From positions 9,373 to 71,510 of the forward strand of contig MU271408.1 of assembly GCA_021432655.1 (NCBI GenBank): 62,138 bases of DNA. The letters are read 5' to 3'. The notes under the pieces were generated by a model, which was not told the origin of the DNA, ran no database searches, and worked only from the letters and a program-made list of their open reading frames with translations. Both the position numbers and the translations under genes were made by a program. Positions 29,357 to 41,000 of this stretch are shown in pieces (within the stretch, counting starts at the first letter, position 1; each line of letters starts with the position of its first letter). Source of the stretch: Atractiella rhizophila (taxonomy: Eukaryota).

Positions 29357-29962
29357 AACTTCGGGATGCTGTTGTTGTCACCTTCTTGTTCCTTCTCCTT
29401 TGCGTGCATTCTGATTTTGCTTGTCCGAATCTCGCACTGAAAGCTTGCGAAGCATCGTGTTGTAGACTGTTTGATGATGGCACCGTGAAGCATTCTTCAT
29501 CCTGGAATCCAAGTTTCTCGTACTCCCGCCATGTTGTTCTCCCACGCCGCTTCAGCCCTCAATAATCGCTTTTAACTTCTTCACAACTAAGATGATTTCT
29601 CTTCCGCTGTTCTGTAGCCTGAGCTCTTAGATACCTGACAGTTCGACAAAAGATGTTGCCTTAGTACTCCAGAATTATGCCAATGTCATTTCGCTGCGCA
29701 CAGCAATGGGCTTTGCCTTAACTTTGTTGCTTGCCTGTGGAAGTGGATTGAATGCTGATTATTACTTGAGTTATCAGAGCCTTCCCTTCCCGGTGTGCGT
29801 CGACTCTAGTCGTCTTAAAAATACTCCGACATTGGAGGTCAGTCTGGTGAGTGTGAAGTCTGGTCGACGTCCACTTGAGCAACTATCTACCTTATGTTAG
29901 TTCATGATGTATTATACTACTTTAGAGCTACTTGTTGCGACAGGGGTTTACCTTCCGAGTGA

Positions 29963-30051
29963 CCTCCACATAAAGCCCATCTCCTCCACAAGTTGCCTTT
30001 CCTCCACACCAGCCGTTTGTGGAGGTTCAACGTTCAACTCGGGTATATAAA
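29963..30051 (+). promoter_or_regulatory. CCTCCACA repeat cluster plus TATA upstream of AKR copy 2
   Basis: CCTCCACA at 29963, 29983, 30001, inverted TGTGGAGG at 30018-30025, TATATAAA at 30044. Confidence 0.6.
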
Positions 30052-30110
30052 GCCTATGTGGGACCTCTTTAGACCTCAATTCGAATCAGCCCTGAAGCAA
30101 CAAATACCAA

Positions 30111-31767
30111 ATGGCCACTCCCACTCAGATGAAATACGTCAGGCTAGGCAAGTCTGGTCTCAAAGTGTCGAGAGTATGTTACTACTTACAGATGAAAGAA
30201 GGAAGTCTTATGTCGTCGACATGTTAGATTATCTTGGGAACCATGACATATGGTGGTCCAAAAGGAACAGAGAAATGTATGTCTTCTTTGGCGCTTCAGC
30301 TACCGAGGCACTAAAAGAGCTTGTTGGTTTGGTAGGGCAAGATTGGTGCTTCTTTTTGGAAAAACTTGAGCGGCCCAAACTGACACTCCATCGCTAGGGT
30401 CCTTCCTGAAGAGACTGGTATTGAACACATAAAAGAAGCCTGGCGGTTGGGCATCAACACGTTCGATACAGGTACAGCAGTCTTTCCATCTTCCATTCAT
30501 CTTACTTTATACTTACACACTTAAAAAGCGAACGTGTACTCGAACGGATTGTCGGAAGTCTGCCTTGGAAAGGCCCTAAAAGAACTAAATGTTCCAAGAG
30601 AAAAAGTTGTAATAATGACGAAGGTGTACTTTTGTGTCGGGGATACTCCTGGGTATTCTACCGTCGCCAAAACGCCAGACCAGCTCGCTAACGATGGATA
30701 TGTGAAGTTTGTGCCTTCTTTGTGCAAAATTGTGGGAAATACTGAACTTGGCTGCTGCAGCCGACATGGATTGTCGAGGAAGCACATTTTCGACTCTGTC
30801 CAAGCTTCACTCAAGAGGCTTCAAGTGGACTATATCGATCTTTTGCAATGTACGATGATTCCTTTTGGTTTAAATGCTGAAAGTAAAGGGCGACGTACAG
30901 GTCATCGATTTGATCACGACACTCCGATTGAAGAGACAATGCAGGCTCTCCACGATGTTGTACAAAAAGGTTGGGTTAGGTACATCGGAATGAGCAGCTG
31001 TTGGGCTTACCAGGTGCGTTAGTCATTAGGATGTTTGCTGTGCTGAGCAAAGTCCTAGTTCCACATCATGCAAAATTATGCCAGTGAGGTTCTCCTTTAT
31101 ATCTTCATCCACGCAAGCTTACACAAATGGAAAAGTAAACAACAAGCTCACACCTTTCATCAGCATGCAGAATCAGTACTCGGCGATATATAGAGAGGAG
31201 GAGCGGAGGTCTGTTGTTCCCACCTCAGTCTCAACCGAAGTTAAGTAGTCGTGCAGATGCATCCAACATTGGAACATTTCGGTGTTGGCTCAGTGACCTG
31301 GAGTACTCTCGGTAGAGGGCTTCTCACCCGTCCTTGGAATGCAGCAGGCCACCGAACTGGACAGGATAGTGCGTTTCTTGCTTTTGCTCCACTCAAGCCG
31401 AAATCCTTCTGTTAACGGAGCCGATTTGCAGATTATCTCGCGCAATTCTCAGCCAAGTCTCAAACGTCAAACGAGGCGATCGTCAACGCGTACGCAGCCT
31501 TTCTGCCTTCTCGACAGACCAAGGTTGACGCCTTTCCGTGTATATGATAGGGTCGAGGCCATTGCGAAGAAGAGGGGCAAGTCGATGGCTGTCATTGCTC
31601 TCGCTTGGTCGCTTTCCAAAAAGGCTGTCTCTGCTCCCATTGTTGGAACCAGCAAGATCGAGAGCATCAAGGAACTGTGTGAAGCCGTAGAGGTAGAGCT
31701 GACAGATGAAGAGATCAGGGCGATTGAAGAGCCTTATATCCCAAGGCTGATTGATGGGCATGCTTGA
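30111..31767 (+). CDS. Aldo-keto reductase, copy 2 (paralog of 23439-25113); apparent 1-nt frameshift near 31206
   Basis: Same motifs and intron positions as copy 1 ([21 protein letters not shown]...IDGHA*); one exon is 1 nt short. Confidence 0.85.
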
Positions 31768-32039
31768 AAGCACATCGTACAAGTCGAATTCTTTGTAAAA
31801 TAGTATAAACATAATAATATAATCATCTTCAGTCTCTCTCGCACTCATTACTGTGCCTTTAGGCTCCGAGGTGCATTGAGAGCATCACACGTTGCTTGCT
31901 CAGTCACAATCAATACTAACTCCAAGAAGTATATAACAAGGAGACTATTAAAGACATTACTGCCAACTATTAAGAATCTGTTAGTTCGTAGGTCGGGAAC
32001 TTGCCGCCGAAAGATTGTAACGTCACGAAGCTGCAGGAC

Positions 32040-32262
32040 GTAAAGGAAAAAAACCCCTTGGGTAAAATGAAAAAAAAACCAACAAAACAACCAAAAAAAA
32101 AAAAAAGGAAAACACTCTACTAGTCAAAAATCAATAACGTCCTCAAAAAAAAGAAAAAAAGAAGAAGCAGCGAACAAAAAAAAAAAGAAGAACAAAGAAA
32201 AAAAAGAAACCCAAAACCAAAACCAAACGCCCAAACGCACAGAAACAAAAACAACCAATCAC
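32040..32262. other. A-rich low-complexity tract, probably low-quality sequence
   Basis: Broken poly-A runs interspersed with C/G, replacing the expected stop and 3' UTR of the BSD gene. Confidence 0.6.
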
Positions 32263-33895
32263 AATCACCGTCGTCATCATCATCATCCTTCTCCTTCTCC
32301 TTCTTGATCTCCTTCTTCTCAACCTTCGGGCTCTGACTCGCACTCGCGTTCGCTCCATTCCCTTCGCTGACGAGATCATAGCTGCTCATTGTGCCTTCGC
32401 TCGAATTCCGCTTGCTTTCGTCCCCTTCTTTCTTCGACGTTTCCTTTTCCTTTTCCCCGCTCTCGGACGCTTTGCTGCTTTCTTCTTCATCCATGTCCCA
32501 CGTAAATGATTCTTCCTCGTCAGCTGGGGCCGCTTCAAGAACAGCGCGCCGCCGTGCCTCATCCGCTTCGATTTGGGAAAGACGGTAGAAATAGCGCTTC
32601 CAGTAATCGCTCGCCTGGATCTTTTCCGGTACTACAACGATCTATAATCAACAATTGTCTGGAGTTCAGGAAGAAAGGCCGACGCACCGATTGAAGCCAG
32701 CGATCCAGCAAGTCCATGTTCTTGTGCTGCCGCCTGTTCCAGCTCCTCTTTGATCCGCGTCTTCCATTTTTCACCTTCAATGCCTCCTTCCTCTTCAAGC
32801 GTCTTCTCGAACTTCTCCCATGCCTCTTTCCCTTCCCCATCCTTCTCCGTCTCCAACGGATCGACTAGCAAGATAGCGGGGTCCGTCCGCAGACGCTGAA
32901 TAAGACCTTCCTTCCGAGATGTCGTCAATTTCTCCAGCTGACTTCGACTGCGAGTCATGTCTACCGGAGTGGCCGCAGATGGGGAAGGAGGAAGGACTTG
33001 GATTGCTTCGTTGAGGTATTTACCAATATCGGAGGAGAACTTTGAAAAGCCAGTGGTCGCTTTGAGACGATATTGTTCTGCCAGTTTCTGGGATTGAGTC
33101 AGGCGCGAGTTAGAAGCAAGGGAGTGTTGAAAGTTCGACGCTTGGGATTGAAGCTGTTGAGTGGTCGAGTTCATTTGCTCTTGAAGGTGGTGAAGGTTTT
33201 CAGGAAGATGGGATAGCTGGGATTGAAGCGTTGCGTTCGCAGTCGTCCATTGTGTTTGAAGGGCATTGAAGAACGAATCGACGTTCTTCGCTGCTTGTTC
33301 CTTTGCAGCTTCAGCATCTACTTCCTCGCTCTCCCCTTCAACCCCCTTCTCCTTGCCCTTCGATTCTCGCTCAAAGTTTCCAGTGTCAATCACAGTTCCA
33401 TCGGCAGTGACAATGACATCTCTCCCTGCGGCTCGATTGCGCTCCTGAGCAGCCTTTGCCTCCTCTTCTAGCTTGGCGAGCTCCTCTTTCGCTTTGTTCA
33501 CGAACGGAAGTACCTCCCCTTTCGCCTTCTCGTACATGGGTGCAAGGTCTTGTCGCGCTTTAGTGGCATAGGTATCAAACTCTTTCCGAGAACTCTGAAG
33601 AGCTGCAGTGCTCTAGGGCAAGCCATCATGGTTCGTAACCTGTTCATACGGTGGTAGAGTTACGCACCTGCTTCTTGAACGATCCCCAAAAGCTGCCAAT
33701 GGTGCTCCCTACCCCTTGTAGAGAGTGTAGCATCTGGTCAAACTCCTGCTCAAGGGATGGTCCCCGGTTGACTGCCGCTGAAGGGCTCGAAGGACGAATG
33801 GTTGCCGTCTCAGCGGAGTCGTCATTGAGGGTGGCAGAGGGTGGCGTAGGAGTGGTATCCGTGGGCAGAGTGCCTGTTCCAGCGGTAAGATCCAT
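32120..33895 (-). CDS. BSD-domain protein (Dos2-like); 3' end unreliable
   Basis: N-terminal SLEQEF...GSFWGSFKKQ, LRTDPAILLVDP, BSD core VPEKIQASDYWKRYFYRL, EESFTWD, acidic tail DDDDGDCDW. Confidence 0.8.
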
Positions 33896-34042
33896 AATGT
33901 GTCGAATATTCGTTTGTGCTCGTTGCTCGTTTCAGCTTGAGCCATTGATGTCAGCTGATGCCATTGATGCGAGCTAACGACTTACAATAAACGAGACTCT
34001 CGACAATTCCGGTCATTTCCCAACTTTGTCCCAAGCAAAACG

Positions 34043-36595
34043 ATGGTCTCAGATTATCAGTCTGCTCAAGGGTCTATGCTCATCAGCTCCCTCCCTCCGG
34101 ACACTCCTCAGGATCATATACTCGACTGGGATGAAAGTACCGTCCATGCCTTCTTCTCCGTGCTGGGGTATCCCCATTACAAGTCTCAACTTTTAGGTCT
34201 GTGCCTCCTTTTCCACGACCAATGTCAACCCTAATAACCAGTGAATCAGAGCATGGGATCAGCGGCGAAATCCTGGTCCATTTGGATCATCAGGGACTGA
34301 AGGACGTTGGCGTCCACAGCGTTGGACAGCGTCTGGCTGTGTTGAAAGGAGTTTATACGTTGAAGATTAGGGATGACGTACCAATAGAAGAAGGCCATTG
34401 GGTCCCACCGTGTCAGTGTTTCCGATTTTGCATAGAAAAGTGAAGGTGATTGGGTTGGGAGCAGCCGATGATGTCGACCCGAATGCATGCGATTCTCCGT
34501 TAGGTGCCATTCCTCCCAAACGCCTTATCTCTATGTTTCGCGAAAGGGATGACCGAATCGCACTTCTCGAGTCTCGCCTTCAACAGTTCGAGAAAGAATT
34601 TGGACGCCTCCGTCACAAGACCACACCATCGCGCTCTGGTGGCCGTAATGGAAAGTCACATTCGAACCATGCGCATACAATTTCCTCCGGGACCAACTCA
34701 AGTCTGAATACGGAGGAGCATGCAACGAGCTTCGGCACCCATAGCCCAGAAGGTGGAGAAGACGATGACGAGGAAGGGACACTCAGGACGGGGAGCAGGT
34801 TTCATCAGCAGCAATTGGGGTTCTCGTCTTCGCCTACCAGCCCTGCTGTCTCACCAGGTTTCAAGGAAGACTCCCTTAGGGTGCCACTTAAGGCGAAGTC
34901 GAGCATGACGAACCTTGGGATGCAGCTCCCTGCGGTCAATATAAGCAGCGGACCGGTCATTACGAAAGATTTTACCCCTCTTACAGTTACGCCAGGTGTT
35001 GGGAGCGAGAAGCTAGAGAATCCAATGGACAAAGTGCTGCCCCTTCCTCTTCCCGCCCTTTCAACCTCGTTCTTCCCTGCGACATCGTCGCCTGCTCCAC
35101 CGACAACGGCCAATGGAACTACAAATGGTACCTCGTCCTCATCCGTGACACCAACCCCCGGCTCTTCTTTCCTGAACTCCACTCTTTCACCAGTCATGAC
35201 AACCGCATCCATTGTCACTCCAATGACAGCAGCACACGATCCTCATTCGGTGTCCCCTCCAACTGCTGGACCTTCTGTCGCAAGTTCGACATCATCAACA
35301 GAAACAGCTCGACCACCACTCGGACGTAGCGTTTCAAAACACTCTGCAGAAAACCCATACAAGAGCTTCAGAGTGACGCTGGACGATCCCTGCCATAAAG
35401 TTCTACCTGCAGCTCTGAAGAAGTATAAGATCAATGACGACTGGAAGCAGTATGCTCTCTTTATTCTGTTTGGTCCACCAGGTATTTGGTCGTCTCCTGC
35501 TTCTATAGCATTTTGCTCATAATGACATAGCTGGTTCTGTAGGGAAAGAGCGACAAGAACGTTGTCTAGCTTACGATGAGAAACCTCTCCTTCTCTTTCA
35601 AAAGCTAAAGGAGACGGACCAAAATCCGGTATTTATGCTTCGCCATATCAAGGACATCAAATCCCCTATCGCCGTTGCCGCTGCAAAGCACGAGTCGAAA
35701 AAGTCAAAGCAGGCACAGAGGGAAAAGGAACAGAAAGATCTATCCAAACCTGCCTACTCCCGAGCTAATAGGCTACATCACGCTCCAGCCGCTGTCCTCC
35801 AACCTGTAGGAGACATGGGAGAATTGCAGAGCCCATCAAGTGCAAGAGTCGGAGGCTCTATGGGCAGGGAGGATGATGGAAAGATGAATGGAGCGGGAGA
35901 AGTTTTGGGGTACTGTCTTGCCATCTACCCTTACGTTGCCGAGCGAGAAGACGAGTTCGATGTGGCGGTGGGCGACACTTTCGCTATAGTCAACAAGGTA
36001 CGCTGCAGTGTCATCCTGGAACACAGAGAGACGGGCCACTAACATTCGTCTTCATAGGCAAAGGGATGGTGGGTTGTCTATCGTGATAACGGGCCAGGGG
36101 GACCAATGGGCGAGAACGAAGTGATCAAGTCCGCTTGGGTCCCAGCTGGATGTCTTCTGGAAACTGCCGTCGCACCACTGCGATTCGCAACTCCTGATCA
36201 AATCATGGCAAACGGTCCAGCGAACGCTCGCAATGTTCTTGTACCTCCGATCTCTATCATTTCCGTCTCGACGCCTGGAGTCGCTTTGATGGACTACAAA
36301 CCAAAGGGAAGCGAGGAAGTTGAAATGAGGAAGGACGAGAGGTTGCGGGTTTATAAGAGGTATAATCATTGGAGTTACCTCTGCAATGAGAGCACTGGAG
36401 AGCGGGGTTGGGTGCCGAGTTGGTTGTCAGTCCTCTTTCCCTCCTTATTTGATGACGTCTGAGCAAAGAAAAAGCGTGGGCAAAGTATACACCGGAGGAA
36501 ATGTACCGCCAACGCCAACAGTCGCTACATCCGACGCAAGAGGCAGGAATCAAGACGAGACGAGTGGAGGATCACCGCCTTCTCGCCCATCGTGA
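34043..36595 (+). CDS. STE50: MAPK adaptor Ubc2/Ste50 (SAM, RA, two SH3 domains)
   Basis: SAM (WDESTVHAFF...HGISGEILVHLDHQGLKDVGVHSVGQRL), RA (KSFRVTLDDPCHKVLPAALKKYKI...YDEKPLLLFQKL), SH3 domains (AIYPYVAEREDEF...WVPAG; ALMDYKP...GWVPSW). Confidence 0.9.
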
Positions 36596-37245
36596 GCGGT
36601 AATCGTTGACGAATCGATTTGCTTTAGACGAACAATTCAGCCTGTTGTACAATGTTAAGTGGAGATGTTCGCATTCGATTTTCTGCTCCAATGCTTCACG
36701 ATCAGTTGCTTCAGTTGCAGGATTCAAGGGTTTGACTTGTCTTTTCTCAATCGCTCTATGCTCGTTCAACTCCCCTCTTGCGCATCTTAGTTTCAAAGGT
36801 TCTTCAGCGCCCGGCGCTCGATATCCATTTCGTTGTTCTGTCCTTGTCCAAAATCTCTCCTTTCTTGATCGCTCACACATACCTCAAACCCATATTATAC
36901 GTTGCAATTGTATCGAACTGAATTCATAATACAGAGAAAGACTCTGGCGCCAATCAGTCAGTCTGCAATTACACATTACACATTTCATGGTGGAGCACCT
37001 ATGGTGAATTTGGCACGTACTACTCTAGTCAGAAGTAGAGCTGAAGAAATACATATGGCGCAAAGTTGGCTATGCTCTCTCATCTCATCACCAAGGGCTA
37101 GATGGCCGGATGCCAAATTCACCTCACAGTAGCATATAACTATACTCGTTAAGGTAAAATCGTAAATACAAGAAGAAAGGCTCGACGTTGCCAAAATCAG
37201 GAGCGTCTTTTGTACATTCTCCGTCAAGAAAGAAAGCTTTTACAG

Positions 37246-37887
37246 TCATTCAACAAGCTTGACTTCCACCTCCTGGTTGCGGTCAGCATGTGAAAGAAGA
37301 AGCACCTCAAAGACGCACAATATTACCCCTCGTCGCTCTGGAATAAGGACAGAACTCATGCGCCTTCTCCACTAACTTCTTCGCCTCTTCCACGCTCAAA
37401 TTCGATCCCTCTAAGCTCGAATAAGGCACTTCGAGCTTCACACCGAGCATGAATCCGGGGATGTTCGTGTCCTTAGGTGTTCCAAGATGGACGGATGCGT
37501 CTACACGAGTTGTAGAAGGAAATTTGGGATTCTTAGGATAGAGGGAACGATACACGGCTCCCATTGCTCCTGCGAAACAGGTGGAGAAGCCTTTCTCCCA
37601 GAAAGAACGAAAACATTATACCTCGCTGCTGCATATTGAACTCATCGAGAAGGAAAGCACGGACCCATGCCAAATAATTCCTCTGGATTCCTTCCGGTGC
37701 CCTTTCCTCCCAAACCAGGGGGCATTTCCATATTTAATGTCAACTCCCCATTCTTCAGTTCGCTCCTTCCTCCGGCCCTTCCGCCGATGGAAGACGCCTC
37801 GGCCACATACTTTGTATTGATGCTTGAAAAGCGCCTTACCGCTTGTTTCGAGATGACCAATGAGGTTCTGAGTTGATTCCTCAACAT
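37246..37887 (-). CDS. ohr: Organic hydroperoxide resistance protein (Ohr/OsmC family) with probable mitochondrial presequence
   Basis: GGRAG, GLGGKGTGRNPEELFGMG|FSTCF (peroxidatic Cys), AHEFCPYSRATRGN (resolving Cys); Arg/Ser-rich, acid-free N-terminus. Confidence 0.9.
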
Positions 37888-38034
37888 TGCGTAAATGTTG
37901 ACTTCGTCGTTCTGATCGACAATAATTTTTAGGAAGTGAAGAATGCGTCAAGTCATTCAACAACCACGAGCAACGCGTTTGCCTTGTCTCTTGCCAGTGC
38001 TCAAACTACCGAAGAGTAGTAGCAGAGCACACGA

Positions 38035-41000
38035 ATGTCCTTAGCAGAGGCGTCTGCGGCGCTCTCGTCCCTTGCTTCATCGTCTACGACACTCGACAGC
38101 GTCATACCCATTCTCCTGCCCTTCTTCCTCTCACGGAGACATACACATTGGTTCTGCCTCTCAGATGTAAAGGACAACGAAAAGGAGACGCTTTGGGACT
38201 CAGCCGTCTTTCTCCTTTGTTTATGGAGGTACAAAGCGAAGGATTTGATTGCTGACTGGGGTGCTAAGCTGGAGCGGTTGCTGGGCGAAGATGGATGCGA
38301 AACGTGCATCAAGCGCTATGTAAGGGCTAGGAATGAGCTGGGTGAGAGGTGAGTCTAATTTCTAGTCGAGACGCATTATGTGCTTGATCGTGGTGGTTGG
38401 ACGATGTCAAAATGACAATGTAGCTGAATGCTGCTGGATCATAGAAAGAACTGGCTTAGTAACTGATACGACTTTGCTCCTGGTGCAGATTTTGTTGTTT
38501 TATAGGCAAGCTATCGCTCAGCGTAAGCTTCATAGCTGCTTTTGGGGTTTCTGTCCTCAGTTTGTATAATGGATGGGCAATTCATTCTTGCTTCATAACG
38601 AGCCTCATCGATAGCCTACGATACGCTGCAGCTAGAAATATCATGGTCCCATTTTTCCCGGCGTATATTGTAGTGCTGCATCTGGGAGACTTGATCAAGT
38701 TTTTGACCGTCTGTGCTTGCGATAGGCACTCCTAAGTACTCGGGAATGCAGAATGGTGTTCTCCTTGTTTCTATGCTATGAAGCTTTGTCACCGTTTCAT
38801 CTGAATCTAGAACACCAATATGCCGTGCTCAAAGATTTGACAGCCTGTTAACATCCTCATAGGTATCTGCGGTTGCGCTATGATCACGCCGCTTTAAAGC
38901 AATTTTATACGGCAGTGGCGAAGAAGGAGCGAACCCCTCTCTTGCAGAAATACACTACTTTCCCTCTTCCGGCGCTCATCCAGCTTCGAATCCTGCACGA
39001 TCTCTCACTCTCTGCCGACCGTCAACTTCTAGACCTCCTCATTCAGTCGCCCCCCGTGACAGCCACCCACCCACCTGAAGGACCACTCCTCCTCCTTGCC
39101 TTCCACGAGTCTGAGGATGTTCGAATGTGGGCTATGAAAAGTATGACGGGGAGGAATGTGGTGGATGTTGGAGAGTGGAAGACGGTGGACCCCCTCTTCA
39201 CTACAGTCCTTGTGAGGCTAGGGAGACTTTACAATGACCTGACGCTGGCAGAAGCGAAGGAAGGAAATTATAACCCGTTTGCAACAGGGGACAGCTTCCC
39301 CTTTTCAGACGACAGGAAGGTATTCTGGGACTCTCTAAACCCAATCCTGCCCCTCTTCAGCAAGCCTGTTCTGCGCCAGTTGCCAAAGAGATTTCGCCAA
39401 TTCATCCTCTCCCATCTAGGCGACAACGAGGATTCATTCGAGGGTATTGTGCGGTGTTCTGGCATCCTCATGGATCAGATGAGCATTGGTTTCTGGGAAG
39501 GTCTTGGGGAGTCCAACGTGGTAACGAAAGGGGAATCGTATCCAGTCGTCGTATTGAACCGACTGCTTTCCAACCCTGTTCTGGAGATGCTTCTCAAAAC
39601 CTCACCAAAAACCAATCCTTTCGACCATTTTCTTATCCAATTCTTGTTCTCTGTCCCCTCTTCCAGAGCTGATTGCCTCCGGTATGCATCCGCCGCTCTC
39701 TTTGGCACTTTCCAAGCTTCATGGATACCATCACATGGAATTGCGTACTGCATTCTATCTGGGGTGAAGCTCTGGAAGCTGGTGAATCAAGAGTGGATCT
39801 CGTCGTCTCAAGCTGTAGCAGTAGGAGAATATCTATCTGTCCTCGAATTACACAGCGATTTCTTGTCTCAAGTAGCTTTCAGAAACGAGAAGAAGAAAGA
39901 GTTCAAGGAGAAGATGCAAAAAGAACGGACGACAGTGGTATTGGATGACGAAGCGGCAAAGGCATGGAGGGAAGTGTCTAAGCAAGTCGCTGGCATTTTA
40001 GGAGTGATCATGCTCGAGCAAGCGGAGAAAGTTCAACGTTTTGTCATATCTCTTTCGAAAGGTATCAATCAGCTCATGAAGTCTTTGGAGGATATCGCGT
40101 CCGCTGGAAGAATGGCACAGAAGACGGGTACAGAACCGCCAAAACACAAGCAGCCAGTACTGACGGTTCCACATCGCCCTGACCTAGGAGCAACGGTTTG
40201 GAAACGTGTCTATAAGGAACTCGAGGCGGAGAAATTTGTGTTGCCCGGTCTCGTTCAGCTCATACCGGTAGTCGCTGCTGCCGCTTTCGTCGGAATCACT
40301 CTGCCGTCGAAACCTCCGGACGAGGTCAAGAATGTGAAAGGGACGATTGCTTGGGCTGGCGCGATGTTGGGAAGCTTTAGGGAGGGTTTTGGAGAGTTAT
40401 TAGATAAGGATCAGACCGGGAGGACGGTTCGGGAGATCCTGTCATTGGGTGGAAGGTCTGGGAAGGGTCTCATTAAGCTCATCTTCTCGCCCGTGGAGGA
40501 CGTGCAGACCAGTGTCACGAATGCTCTTCAGCAGAGCTTTGACGCACAGGATCGATTAGAGCTCTTTCGCGCTCTCTTCAAGTTTGCTCCAGAGGTCACC
40601 CTCGCTGGTATCCATGAAGTCCTGAAAACGTTCGTGGCGACCGCAAAGTCTCTCGTGGAGGCGACCGGCTTTTCTAAACGTCTTGTTCGGTGCCTGAACG
40701 ACGTGGTCGAAGTACTGTGCGATTCAACGAGCTCGCCGAAAGGTTTCTTTCACGACATGGCTTGGAGGAAATCGATGAAAGTGTCCGCGTCGGCAAAGGA
40801 TCTGTGGAGTCTCATGTGTCAGGCCACGACGATCATTTACGAAAGGACACAGCACTGGGCACCGTATTATACCACATCTGAGATGGTGGACTGGATGAGA
40901 GATGTCGTCGCTTTCCAAGTTGTGATGGTGGAGAATATCAGGGCGTTCCAAAGCGTTTCAGCTGATATCGTTATCACCAATTCTCCCGCCAAATCGTCGA

